Shown here: one piece after another, positions 6,881 to 16,669 of the stretch | How positions within the stretch are numbered: position 1 is the first letter of the stretch | Layout of the letters: each line of letters begins with the position of its first letter | NCBI GenBank assembly: GCA_031272025.1 | Contig: JAISUP010000027.1 | Location: forward strand, 1-29,169 | Length of the DNA: 29,169 nucleotides | DNA from: Bacteroidales bacterium | Lineage (GTDB): Bacteria > Bacteroidota > Bacteroidia > Bacteroidales > WCHB1-69 | Direction of reading: 5' to 3' | Notes under the pieces: model-generated | The model's input: the letters and a program-made list of their open reading frames with translations, nothing else | Database searches by the model: none | Told to the model about the DNA's origin: nothing | Position numbers and translations under genes: made by a program

Positions 6881-7960
6881 ATGAATAATTTATTGGAAAA
6901 GTTAGAGGCAATATACCAAAGATGGTTATCTATCGGGGAGGAAATTACACGTCCCGAATTGATGAACGACATGAAACGGTATATCAAACTCAACAAAGAC
7001 TACAAAGATTTGCAAGCGGTAGTAGATGCATATAAGTCGTACCGCAATATCTTGGAAAACATTGTCAATACCAAAGACATTATCGCGATTGAGAAAGACG
7101 ATGATTTTAGAGAAATGGCGAAGTCGGAATTAGATAATTTCATCACCGAGCGCGACAAATTAGAAGACGAGATACGGTTATTGCTTTTACCGTCTGATCC
7201 CCAGGATAGCAAAAATGCACAAGTAGAAATACGGGCAGGCACGGGGGGCGACGAAGCCAGTTTGTTCGCGGGCGACTTATTCCGTATGTATCAACATTAT
7301 TGCGACAAGAAGAATTGGAAAATAGAGACTGTCTCGATGACAGAGGGTACCGTAGGGGGATTTAAGGAGATTATTTTTAACATCACGGGAGAGAGCGTGT
7401 ATGGCATGATGAAATACGAGTCAGGGGTACATCGCGTACAGCGTGTTCCACAAACAGAGGCTCAAGGTCGCGTACATACCTCGGCCGCCTCTGTCGTAGT
7501 ATTGCCCGAAGCCGATGAGTTTGACGTAGAACTAAAACCATCAGACATCCGTAAAGATACATACTGCTCTTCCGGTCCCGGCGGGCAGTCGGTAAATACA
7601 ACATATTCTGCCGTGAGACTTACCCACATCCCTACCGGTATCGTAGTAGCCATTCAAGACGAAAAATCTCAACTCAAAAATCTCGACAAAGCCATGCATG
7701 TTTTGCGTAACCGTCTTTTTGAATTAGAATATAAAAAGTATCTTGACGAGGTAGCCTCAAAACGAAAAACTATGGTATCTACCGGAGACCGATCCGCGAA
7801 AATCCGAACTTACAACTACCCCCAAAATCGAATTACCGACCATCGTATTAATTTAACAAGTTATAACTTAACATCGTACATGGACGGCAATATTCAAGAA
7901 ATGATAGAAGCATTACAAGTCGCCGAAAATGCCGAGCGATTGAAAGAAGCCATAGAATAA
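6881..7960 (+). CDS. prfA: Peptide chain release factor 1
   Basis: GGQ motif (SSGPGGQSVNTTYSAVRLTHIPTGIVV). Block GVHRVQRVPQTEAQGRVHTSAASV aligns with the RF1 PxT region rather than RF2 SPF. 359 aa, RF1-like N-terminus. Confidence 0.85.
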   Translation: MNNLLEKLEAIYQRWLSIGEEITRPELMNDMKRYIKLNKDYKDLQAVVDAYKSYRNILENIVNTKDIIAIEKDDDFREMAKSELDNFITERDKLEDEIRLLLLPSDPQDSKNAQVEIRAGTGGDEASLFAGDLFRMYQHYCDKKNWKIETVSMTEGTVGGFKEIIFNITGESVYGMMKYESGVHRVQRVPQTEAQGRVHTSAASVVVLPEADEFDVELKPSDIRKDTYCSSGPGGQSVNTTYSAVRLTHIPTGIVVAIQDEKSQLKNLDKAMHVLRNRLFELEYKKYLDEVASKRKTMVSTGDRSAKIRTYNYPQNRITDHRINLTSYNLTSYMDGNIQEMIEALQVAENAERLKEAIE

Positions 7961-7984
7961 ATACCTGAAAATCAATATCGGCAA

Positions 7985-10669
7985 TTAAAACAATGCCAAT
8001 TGTTCGGCATCATCGGTTTCAGTATGTGGGGAGTTCGTGCTCTTTTCCACCTGAATACTTTTGAATAGTTCTTGCGCGATGGCATCGTCAATGCTAGTAT
8101 TTTCATTTTTCGGCATCTTCTCGTCCCCGTCATTATCCGGTTCTTCTTCCATGTCATCATCGGAAGGTAACGGCTCTATATTTTTGATTTCTTTAATATT
8201 ATCGAAAGGAACTCGTTTGCCTCGTGCTTTCATATTCATTACTTCCACAAATTCGGCACACGATAAAATTTCGTGCATTTTTTCCTTTTGCCGATTAAGG
8301 TAAATCACTTCTACCTGAGGTAGGGTATCCAAAGAAACAACAATTAAGGATATATGCTTTTCTGTCGGCAAAAAATCCACTTTTTTATCGGTAATTTCCG
8401 GCTTAAAGCGTTTCATGAAAAACTTGTTGTCTTGTTTGTTATAATAGACCACGGTGAGTATCTGTCTTTGATTGAATTTTTTAATCAATATTAAGTCATC
8501 ATCGAAATGGATAGAAGTATCGAAACCGGTAGTTTTATAATATCCTGATTTATAAATAGTAATAATTTTATTATTTTCTTTGAATGAGCCAAGCAACACG
8601 CCGCGGTCTTCGGTATTGAGTCTGCAGACTGTATCATCAAAATAGATATTGATAGCACCGAGTGTGGAATATCCTTTTTCTAACAATTCTACTTTTCGCA
8701 CAGCATTTCGCGTGACGATATTTCCTTGAGACGAGCGTCCTTTGATTGCCAAAGTTCCAAAATCATATTCAAATTGCAATTTCTTTAATTTGGGTTTGGG
8801 TTTAAGCCAAATCTTGATAATTTCCGATTCCCCGTTGGCGTTAGAGGTTAAGTGTAGTACTTTCGACCCATCTTTCCCTTTGGTCAGGTCATATTCCTTG
8901 TCGCGCGTAACGCCACCAATAGCAAATCGTTTTGCCATTGCCGTACCATTTGCTCCATCGGAATATACCATATTGTAAATAGTGCGGTCGTTATTGCGAC
9001 GAAATACATCTACATGAATAATATTTTTTCCAAAAAACTGTTTATCAGAAACTTTGCTTACCATAAACTTACCGTTTTCATGAAAAACAATAATATCGTC
9101 AATATCTGAGCAGTCGCATACATATTCCACGTTATCATCTTTTTTAAGGTTGGTACCCACAAAACCTTCTTTCTTGTCCACGTAAAGTTTTTGATTGGCA
9201 ACAGCCACCGCGTTAGCCGCGATAGTATCAAAAAATTTAAGTTCGGTTTGTCGTTCCCGACCTTTTCCATATTTTTTCTTTAACTGTTTGAAATAGTTAA
9301 TGGCGTAATCAGTAATATGTTCAAGATGATTTTTCACCTCTTCCATGTTAACTTCTATGTCTGTAATTTGTTCTTCCGCTTTTTTGATGTCGAATTTTGA
9401 TATTTTTCTAACCGGTTTGTCGCATAGTTTTAAGACATCTTCTCTCGATATTTCCATTCGAAACAAGGAACGGTAGGGGTCAAAAGCACGTTCTATATTG
9501 GTAATTTGGGTTTCCCACGTGTCGGTATCTTTTTCTAATTCTTTATAGATACGATGTTCGAAAAAGATTTTCTCTAATGAAATCCAATGCCATTGATTTT
9601 CGAGTTCTTGGAGTTGAATTTGCAACTCTCTGGTTAGTAAACTTACGGTATTCTTCGTGTTGACACGCAAGATGTCTTTGACGGAGAAAAAAACGGGTTT
9701 GCCCTCGTGTATCACGCAAGCATTGGTAGAATATGACATTTGGCAGTCGGTGAAGGCGTAGAGTGCATCCATGGTTTGATCCGGTGAGACCCCGGGCTGC
9801 AAATGCAGGCATATTTCTACTGTTCCAGCCGTATTATCATCTATCTTCCTGATTTTTAATTTTCCTTTTTCTATAGCGGGGGTGATGGATTTTTCTATGA
9901 GTTGTTGAGTTGTTGTGCCGAATGGAATTTCGTTAATCACGATAGTCTTCTTATCCACGATGGTCATGCGCGCCCGATTAAGCACTTTACCGCCTCGTGC
10001 CCCGTCATTATATTTGCTCACATCGGCATAACCTGCCGTGGGAAAGTCGGGGTATATCTCGAAGTCTTTGTTTTCGAGAATCGCCACGGAGGCATCTAAT
10101 AACTCGTTGAAATTGTGTGGTAAAATTTTCGTAGAAAGTCCAACAGCAATACCTTCGGCACCTTGGGCAAGCAAAAGCGGAAATTTAACTGGCAAAACCA
10201 CAGGTTCTCTATTCCGTCCATCGTAAGAACGTTGCCATTCAGTGGTTTTATGATTAAAAAGTACTTCTAACGCGAATTTGGTTAGTCGGGCTTCAATATA
10301 CCGCGGGGCGGCGGCACTGTCGCCGGTAAAAATATTCCCCCAGTTTCCTTGCGTGTCTATCGTGAGCATTTTTTGTCCCAAGTTTACTATCGCATCCCCG
10401 ATTGCCGCATCGCCATGCGGGTGGTATTTCATCGTGTTACCAACAATATTGGCGACTTTATTGTACCTGCCATCTTCCAACTCGTCCATCGAATGAAAAA
10501 TACGCCTCTGCACCGGTTTTAATCCATCAATTATATCAGGAATCGCCCTATTGAGAATGACATACGACGCGTAGTCAAGATACCAGTTCTCGAACATAGT
10601 CTGCACGTGTATCACGTTATGCAAATCGCTTTTTTCTATTTCTGTCCCTTTTTTTTCCGAATCTTCCAT
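7985..10669 (-). CDS. parC: DNA topoisomerase IV subunit A (GyrA/ParC family type IIA topoisomerase; no GyrA-box seen)
   Basis: N-terminal blocks LNRAIPDIIDGLKPVQRRIFHSM and YHPHGDAAIGDAIVNLGQ are the GyrA/ParC active-site region, including the catalytic Tyr. 894 aa. No QRRGGKG GyrA-box in the C-terminal domain, which favours ParC over GyrA. Confidence 0.75.
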   Translation of the reverse strand: MEDSEKKGTEIEKSDLHNVIHVQTMFENWYLDYASYVILNRAIPDIIDGLKPVQRRIFHSMDELEDGRYNKVANIVGNTMKYHPHGDAAIGDAIVNLGQKMLTIDTQGNWGNIFTGDSAAAPRYIEARLTKFALEVLFNHKTTEWQRSYDGRNREPVVLPVKFPLLLAQGAEGIAVGLSTKILPHNFNELLDASVAILENKDFEIYPDFPTAGYADVSKYNDGARGGKVLNRARMTIVDKKTIVINEIPFGTTTQQLIEKSITPAIEKGKLKIRKIDDNTAGTVEICLHLQPGVSPDQTMDALYAFTDCQMSYSTNACVIHEGKPVFFSVKDILRVNTKNTVSLLTRELQIQLQELENQWHWISLEKIFFEHRIYKELEKDTDTWETQITNIERAFDPYRSLFRMEISREDVLKLCDKPVRKISKFDIKKAEEQITDIEVNMEEVKNHLEHITDYAINYFKQLKKKYGKGRERQTELKFFDTIAANAVAVANQKLYVDKKEGFVGTNLKKDDNVEYVCDCSDIDDIIVFHENGKFMVSKVSDKQFFGKNIIHVDVFRRNNDRTIYNMVYSDGANGTAMAKRFAIGGVTRDKEYDLTKGKDGSKVLHLTSNANGESEIIKIWLKPKPKLKKLQFEYDFGTLAIKGRSSQGNIVTRNAVRKVELLEKGYSTLGAINIYFDDTVCRLNTEDRGVLLGSFKENNKIITIYKSGYYKTTGFDTSIHFDDDLILIKKFNQRQILTVVYYNKQDNKFFMKRFKPEITDKKVDFLPTEKHISLIVVSLDTLPQVEVIYLNRQKEKMHEILSCAEFVEVMNMKARGKRVPFDNIKEIKNIEPLPSDDDMEEEPDNDGDEKMPKNENTSIDDAIAQELFKSIQVEKSTNSPHTETDDAEQLALF

Positions 10670-10787
10670 GAATGATTTTATACCTATAATAATTTGAGTA
10701 TTCTATTTTTAATATTTTATATACTAAAGAAAAAACTGCCCGTGTCTTTCTACGAGAAAATGATTAACTTTTTCATAAAAAATGTTT

Positions 10788-12461
10788 TTATTTCGAGATG
10801 ACTACTTTTGTATAAAAGACTTGGTCTTTTTGGGTAAGATGCAAAATATACATTCCATTCGGTAGCACGGGTAGGGTACATTGTATCTCGCTACTCGCGG
10901 GTAAAATAGCATGAAAAACTTCCTGCCCCATGAGGTTAAAGAGCGCGCAAGTAACGGTTTTGCCCGTGAAATCTCCTTGTAAAGTTATCTTGTCGGAGCA
11001 AGGATTTGGGAAAACCGTACAATGTATTATTTTTCGTTCTATATGACTGATACCCAACGATGTGCCATCTACGGTCATGGTTCCCGTGTTGTCAGGGTCT
11101 AACCATGGTTGCAATTTCTTCGCGTCATCACTTTGGCTCCCGTTGGTCCACGAGTAGCCGATACGCCCGTAAGAATCTGTACCGGAGGCATAGTTGCACG
11201 ACGAATTTCCCCCATACAATTGACCCACCAATAGCCCGTTGGCATCAAAGAGTGCGCTCCCCGAGGACCCTGCTTCCGTTACTCCCTGATTATAAATTCC
11301 TATTTTCCAAGATACTTCCCAGAAACGGGTTCCCCCGCTTTTGACAGATTGTGGAAAACTCACTTTTTTGAAGTCGCCTCCGGGGTGATGAATGCACGCA
11401 CCTGCGGTAGGGGGCGACGAAGTCGTGTAGGTTCTGTTCCACCCTGCTAAGTATATATTAGAACTCACGCCGGCAGTCAAAGTCCCCGTGAGTTCTAACA
11501 ACAAAAAATCCGAAGATTTCGTGTAGTTATCACGTGCCCTTATGACTACGGTTTTATTGTAGACATCGCCACCATAGCCCTTTGTAGAGTTGCACGACGT
11601 TGATTGATAATTAAAATACACTCTAAAAATGCCTTGACCGGTTACGGCTTCGCAATGATTTGCCGTGAGCAGGAACAGACGTTTGTCGTTTCTCGCGTTG
11701 TTGAGCATGGTCCCGGTACAAAGGTAAGTTCCCGCGTCGCTACCTGAGGGGATCGTGATTTCCAAGTATACCACCGACTTTGCTATCGTCGTCCATGCCG
11801 CCGCGTCGGGGCAGTTAATGTCTATATGACAACTGCCCTCTGCCGAGCCATGCGTACCTTTATCTTCCTTATACTCTGTATCGTTATCAAACATAGGCGT
11901 ATCTCGGTAAGCGTGCAAAAGATTGGCGATAAACAGTTCTCCCTGAAACGAGGCATGAGAAGGTTCTCGATATTCTACGACTATCATTTCTCCGGGTAAA
12001 TTAGAGGATAGAAATGGGTCTGTTTCGTTTAGGTCTTCAGACGTGTACGTTACCACGGTCATGTGGTCAGGGGTATAAAGCCAAAGTTCGGCACCCTCCG
12101 GCACGCGGGTATATGTAAGGTGAACTGCCACGGCAAATGCCCCTGGGGAGATCAATACATGACGATATACTACCGTTCCATCAGGCAAAGTGTCTATCGT
12201 TGCCGATGCCTGCAATGCAAGATTAACCGGCTGCACCGTGCCCACCCGCAAAGGATAGCCCTGCAACAACCTTACCGAATCTGCCTGCAACAACGCTCTG
12301 CTATCTTCAGCGGGCATGATTTGACACGGCAATGACTTAACATTCCCGTCTAAATCCACAGAAACAACCGCTGATTGTGCCTGCACGTACTCCCAAAACA
12401 ACACGGGAAACAAACCCGCGACAACAATAAATTGTTTTATTTTTGCTGTATATTTATTCAT
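10788..12461 (-). CDS. Secreted S1-family (trypsin/lysyl-endopeptidase-like) serine protease with a T9SS C-terminal sorting domain
   Basis: Signal peptide MNKYTAKIKQFIVVAGLFPVLF. Catalytic-triad blocks LLTANHC and GSSGSALFDANGLLVGQLYGG. C-terminal ~75 aa (FPNPCSDKITL...MYILHLTQ...KVVISK) match the T9SS CTD pattern. Confidence 0.7.
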   Translation of the reverse strand: MNKYTAKIKQFIVVAGLFPVLFWEYVQAQSAVVSVDLDGNVKSLPCQIMPAEDSRALLQADSVRLLQGYPLRVGTVQPVNLALQASATIDTLPDGTVVYRHVLISPGAFAVAVHLTYTRVPEGAELWLYTPDHMTVVTYTSEDLNETDPFLSSNLPGEMIVVEYREPSHASFQGELFIANLLHAYRDTPMFDNDTEYKEDKGTHGSAEGSCHIDINCPDAAAWTTIAKSVVYLEITIPSGSDAGTYLCTGTMLNNARNDKRLFLLTANHCEAVTGQGIFRVYFNYQSTSCNSTKGYGGDVYNKTVVIRARDNYTKSSDFLLLELTGTLTAGVSSNIYLAGWNRTYTTSSPPTAGACIHHPGGDFKKVSFPQSVKSGGTRFWEVSWKIGIYNQGVTEAGSSGSALFDANGLLVGQLYGGNSSCNYASGTDSYGRIGYSWTNGSQSDDAKKLQPWLDPDNTGTMTVDGTSLGISHIERKIIHCTVFPNPCSDKITLQGDFTGKTVTCALFNLMGQEVFHAILPASSEIQCTLPVLPNGMYILHLTQKDQVFYTKVVISK

Positions 12462-12463
12462 TT

Positions 12464-14170
12464 TTATCGCACCACGAGTTTGAACGTTCTCGTCGTTTTA
12501 TTGTTGGTATTGGTGAGACGGATAATGTACAATCCTGATTGCATAGTATTGGTGGCAATGGTATTGGTACCGGCGTTAAGCCGCTCGGTATATACACGTT
12601 GTCCCACAAGATTAAAAATATCTAGTTGCATAGGAGTTCCTGTTTCGATGAGCACGTAGTCGGTTGCCGGGTTCGGAGCCAAGCGAATTGCCGCTTCGCT
12701 ACCTACATTTTGAATTCCCGTGCCATAAATGTCGTCATCGGGAGCCAAGCGGTTGAGCGTAGAAATACCGGTTTGTCCGCAAAAATGTAGTATCCCGTAA
12801 ATATCTACGGCAATAGTAGGAATAGGCTGCCCAATAATGGGGGCATCGGCATCATTTATCACGAGTACGCTATCTTTGCTGCTCCCGTCTTTGGTTAATT
12901 TGTAATATCCTCTGTCGGCGAAGTTGCCGGTAGCGTCAACACGCGCTTCCGCGATACGCACATACTGGCTTTGCAGCGGGTGCTGATAATCGGTGGTGCC
13001 AAGGTCGTCAAGCGTGATGTCTTTTGCCGTAACCGAATTTCCCATCGAGGTAACGAAAAGCGTTGTCGTGGGCACGATTTCAATACTGCCAAAATAATTG
13101 GTAAGCGTACCATAAATGCCGGTAATTGCATCGCCCCGACTAATACCGGTAGTGAAAGTTTTGTCTTTATCAAAAACAAGAATACCGCCGGTTTCGTCTT
13201 GCAAGAAAATGTCGTTGCCTCCCCTGTATTGCACTGAGGTAACTATTGCTGTTCCCGTGTATTTGTAAACCACGGTACCGGGGGCATTGCCTCCCGTGTA
13301 AGCGGGGGCTAACTTTTTGAGCGAATCAAGCGTGGGTACCCCTTCTGCCAAAAAACCTTTACCGGTAACGGATAAAGAGGCATCAATCTCGTTTGACGTG
13401 AAAGCGATACTGCCGGTATATTCCTCGGCAGCAGTAGGGGCAAACGTTACCGCTATATCAATACCTTCTTCTGACAGAATATCATTGTTGGCTATTTTGG
13501 CAGGAGACACACTAAAATTTTCGTCTCCGGCAATGGCAACACTGTCGCCCGCGGTGAGCAAATAACCTTTCACGTTGACGGATTTAACCGAAGTCTCTCC
13601 TACTTCTACATTGCCAAAACTTAACGCGGCAGGCGAGCAAACAATGCTTGGAGACTGTGGCACGTTAATTGATATGTCATCAAGGAAGAACCGTCCTTTG
13701 CTTGCTTGGGCACCTTCAAAGCGAATTTTGGTAGTTGCCGTACCCCCGGAAAGGGGAATGGAAAAAGTTGCGAACTCGTAAGCAGTAGTAGTTCCCAAAC
13801 CGGAAACCTCGGTGGGAGTACCATCATTCACGATAATTTTCATGGTCGCGGCATCACCATTCCATGCCATCGCCTTAAAAGTGAGAACGAAATTGCCACC
13901 ATTGCCCGATAAATCGATGGCAGGGGTAACGATGTACCCCAAAACAGAAGCAGTGCCCAACTTAATGGCACCACCTGCTTGATAAACTTTTGTTCCTGTC
14001 CAACCCGGTTGTTGGGTCAGGGTATCAAGACCTGCACTAACATCCGTGCTGCTGGCAGAAGCATTAGGCTCTCCCGCCGTGAATTGGTTAAAATCTTCGG
14101 AAAAAACAACCTGCCCGTTCATGCCCGCGGCAACAAATACAAGGGCTAATAATATCAAAATCTTTTTCAT
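12464..14170 (-). CDS. T9SS-secreted protein with an N-terminal choice-of-anchor-J-like domain, an Ig-like middle region and a T9SS C-terminal sorting domain
   Basis: Trimmed to the internal ATG giving the signal peptide MKKILILLALVFVAAGMNGQ. N-terminal domain EDFNQF...QPGWTGTKVYQAGGAIKLG...YIVTPAIDL. C-terminal IRLAPNPATDYVLIE...GLYIIRLTNT matches the T9SS CTD. Its stop lies 2 nt from the downstream protease ATG. Confidence 0.65.
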   Translation of the reverse strand: MKKILILLALVFVAAGMNGQVVFSEDFNQFTAGEPNASASSTDVSAGLDTLTQQPGWTGTKVYQAGGAIKLGTASVLGYIVTPAIDLSGNGGNFVLTFKAMAWNGDAATMKIIVNDGTPTEVSGLGTTTAYEFATFSIPLSGGTATTKIRFEGAQASKGRFFLDDISINVPQSPSIVCSPAALSFGNVEVGETSVKSVNVKGYLLTAGDSVAIAGDENFSVSPAKIANNDILSEEGIDIAVTFAPTAAEEYTGSIAFTSNEIDASLSVTGKGFLAEGVPTLDSLKKLAPAYTGGNAPGTVVYKYTGTAIVTSVQYRGGNDIFLQDETGGILVFDKDKTFTTGISRGDAITGIYGTLTNYFGSIEIVPTTTLFVTSMGNSVTAKDITLDDLGTTDYQHPLQSQYVRIAEARVDATGNFADRGYYKLTKDGSSKDSVLVINDADAPIIGQPIPTIAVDIYGILHFCGQTGISTLNRLAPDDDIYGTGIQNVGSEAAIRLAPNPATDYVLIETGTPMQLDIFNLVGQRVYTERLNAGTNTIATNTMQSGLYIIRLTNTNNKTTRTFKLVVR

Positions 14171-14210
14171 ACGATTAAAATTTAAGGTTAAAAAATAAAA
14201 TTTGAATGTG

Positions 14211-14218
14211 CAAAAGTA
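14211..14218 (-). promoter_or_regulatory. Minus-strand TACTTTTG -7 motif (CAAAAGTA on +) 41 bp upstream of the cargo-gene ATG at 14170
   Basis: Reverse complement matches TAnnTTTG in the 95-bp AT-rich spacer between the TonB-dependent receptor gene and the cargo gene. Confidence 0.4.
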
Positions 14219-14265
14219 AGAAAAAATTTTATGATACACCAAAACTATCGGAAAAAAAATGATAT

Positions 14266-16665
14266 TTAAAACTTAAAGTTCCATGTTATAGAAGGTAAAA
14301 TGGGGAACAAACTCATCTGGTATCCCTGCATGTTGAGTGAGAATTCTTTTTCTTGAGGGTTTAAAACGGTTTCGGTTTGAATGTATATAAAGAATGGATT
14401 TTGACGGTTGTACACGTTGTATACTGATAAATTAAGTCCTGTTTCGAAGCGTTTTTTCTTCACGATGGTCCAGTCAATAGAGAAGTCTAAGCGGTGGTAC
14501 GGGGGCATGCGATAGGCGTTTCTGTCGCTATATTCGGTAATAATGGTACCCGCGTAAAAGTAGAGTCCGGTAGGTACAGTCATGGTGTTGCCGGTAGAAT
14601 ATACCCACACAGCCGATGCCGAAAGTTTGTGCTTAATAATCTCGTAGGTCAAACTAATGGAAACATCGTGCCTGCGGTCGTAGCGGGCAAAGAATGGTTT
14701 TCCCCCGTTGAGCGCGTCAAACTGTCGGGTCGTGTAGGCAAGCGTGTAACCCGCGAACCCTATAAAACGTCCCCGCAACTTTTTAATAAAAAATTCTATC
14801 CCGTAAGACTGCCCTTGCCCAAAAGTATAAAGTTGGTCGGGATTCATGGTTACGTTACTTAAATCAAGTCCATCTTTATATTCCGCTAAATGATTCATTT
14901 TCTTATAGTAAGCATCTATATAGGTTTCGAACATGTTGTCGTGAAAATTGTAATACACCCCCAAGGAAACTTGATGGGCGGTTTGTGGGTACACGAGGTC
15001 TGTAGAAGGCATCCATACATCGGTAGGCAACGACACCGTGGACATGGAAATCTGGTGTAAATACTGGTAATTGAGCGTGTAAGAAGTTTTAATCGAGACT
15101 TGTTTATTCAAAAGGAAACGGGCAGAGAGACGGGGTTCGAGCCCGTTATGTCTCGACACGGGTTTCCCCGGTTTGTAGTAAATGCTATCTACGACATGCC
15201 CGGTGTTATCTTGCACGTAGCGGGTAAAAGCCCCTATATGCTCGAAATGACTATACCGTAGCCCCGCGTTGATTTTGAGCCATCTCGTGATGTCAAATTC
15301 GTCATTCGCGTATATTCCCAATTCGTGGGCATAATAGTTGGTCGCTACCGGCATGGCAAATTGGGTCTGTTCGCCCGCGGCAATCTCGTATGTATTGGGA
15401 TTAAACCGATGAAAAATATAGTGAACCCCAAAAGTAAAGCGGTGAGGAATCGCCGGTAAATAGGTCAATTCGCTCTTTAAAGCATAGTCGCGCACCCCCG
15501 ACTTAAGTTTAAATCCATAGACACTCATTTTCATGTCCGTGCCAAAATCATAGTCGCTAAACGTGGCAGAGGTATTGAGAAAAAGTTGAGCGTTAATAAT
15601 GTAATTCCAACGCAGCGAAGCCGCCGCGTTTCCCCAATGCATTTGCGCGTTCATGCCTCCCCCGTTTGACTTAAAGCCGTACACATCATTGCCATAATAG
15701 CCCCCGACAAACAACCGGTGCTTGTCGTTAAGAATGATATTAAATTTAGCATTGAGGTCGTAAAAATAAAAACGGGTACCTTTCATCGGGCTATTTTTGG
15801 AAAGAAAGGGCTGTATGAGCCAATCAATGTAAGTGCGTCTTCCCGAAATGATAAACGAAGCCTTGTCTTTCTTTATAGGACCTTGTATCGTGAGATTGGC
15901 AAAAATGAGACCAATGCCGCCTTGTCCTTCAAATTTTTTCATATTGCCTTCTTTTTGATGTACATCAAGGATAGAAGACATCCGTTGCCCGTATTGCGCG
16001 GGCATTCCCGATTTGATAATATCCACGTTTTTGACGGCATTGGCATTAAAGACGGAAAAGAACCCGAAAAGATGGCTGGCATTATACACCGTGGCTTCAT
16101 CAAGCAAGACCAGATTTTGGTCGGCACCGCCTCCCCGCACGTAAAACCCTGAATTTCCTTCTCCCCCTGACTGTACGCCGGGTAGCAACTGCACGGCTTT
16201 AATGACATCTGCCTCGCCCATGAGCGCGGGAATAGACTTTATTGCCTCCACGGTCATGCTCATCTTGCCCGTTTCTACACTGCTCACGTTATAGTCTTCC
16301 CGTTGCGCCGACACGGTTACCTCTTTGGTCAATATCGGGTTCGGCTCCATGTCAACATGATACGTGTAGTTAGAAGTCAAAAAAAGAGTATCTTCTATGG
16401 TCCTATATCCCATTAAACTGATTTTGAGATAGTACTTGCCGTCAGGAACGGTGAGAGAATAGAACCCCGATATATTAGAAAAACTGCCTTTTACCTCGCT
16501 TTTTTCCGAGACATTCTGCAAAAAAACATACACGCTGGCAAGCGTTTCGCCATTGGTTTTGTCTTTAATAATTCCCGACAAGGTTACTTGTTTACCCGAC
16601 AAGGATAATGGCAGCAAGAGAGCGGGCAAACAAAACGCTAAGAAAACGCGGGCGAAGGTTTTCAC
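14266..16665 (-). CDS. TonB-dependent outer-membrane receptor with an N-terminal carboxypeptidase-regulatory-like (CarbopepD_reg_2-type) domain
   Basis: Signal peptide MKTFARVFLAFCLPALLLPLSLSG, then the N-terminal domain GIIKDKTNGETLASVYVFL. Plug and barrel region 799 aa, ending in the aromatic ...ITWNFKF typical of OM beta-barrels. Its ATG lies 4 nt after the serC stop. Confidence 0.8.
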   Translation of the reverse strand: MKTFARVFLAFCLPALLLPLSLSGKQVTLSGIIKDKTNGETLASVYVFLQNVSEKSEVKGSFSNISGFYSLTVPDGKYYLKISLMGYRTIEDTLFLTSNYTYHVDMEPNPILTKEVTVSAQREDYNVSSVETGKMSMTVEAIKSIPALMGEADVIKAVQLLPGVQSGGEGNSGFYVRGGGADQNLVLLDEATVYNASHLFGFFSVFNANAVKNVDIIKSGMPAQYGQRMSSILDVHQKEGNMKKFEGQGGIGLIFANLTIQGPIKKDKASFIISGRRTYIDWLIQPFLSKNSPMKGTRFYFYDLNAKFNIILNDKHRLFVGGYYGNDVYGFKSNGGGMNAQMHWGNAAASLRWNYIINAQLFLNTSATFSDYDFGTDMKMSVYGFKLKSGVRDYALKSELTYLPAIPHRFTFGVHYIFHRFNPNTYEIAAGEQTQFAMPVATNYYAHELGIYANDEFDITRWLKINAGLRYSHFEHIGAFTRYVQDNTGHVVDSIYYKPGKPVSRHNGLEPRLSARFLLNKQVSIKTSYTLNYQYLHQISMSTVSLPTDVWMPSTDLVYPQTAHQVSLGVYYNFHDNMFETYIDAYYKKMNHLAEYKDGLDLSNVTMNPDQLYTFGQGQSYGIEFFIKKLRGRFIGFAGYTLAYTTRQFDALNGGKPFFARYDRRHDVSISLTYEIIKHKLSASAVWVYSTGNTMTVPTGLYFYAGTIITEYSDRNAYRMPPYHRLDFSIDWTIVKKKRFETGLNLSVYNVYNRQNPFFIYIQTETVLNPQEKEFSLNMQGYQMSLFPILPSITWNFKF

Positions 16666-16669
16666 CTTC

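Noticed and set aside
7961-7984. Terminator between the convergent prfA and parC genes
   Set aside because: Only 24 bp separate the two stop codons, and no convincing stem-loop plus T-run could be read.
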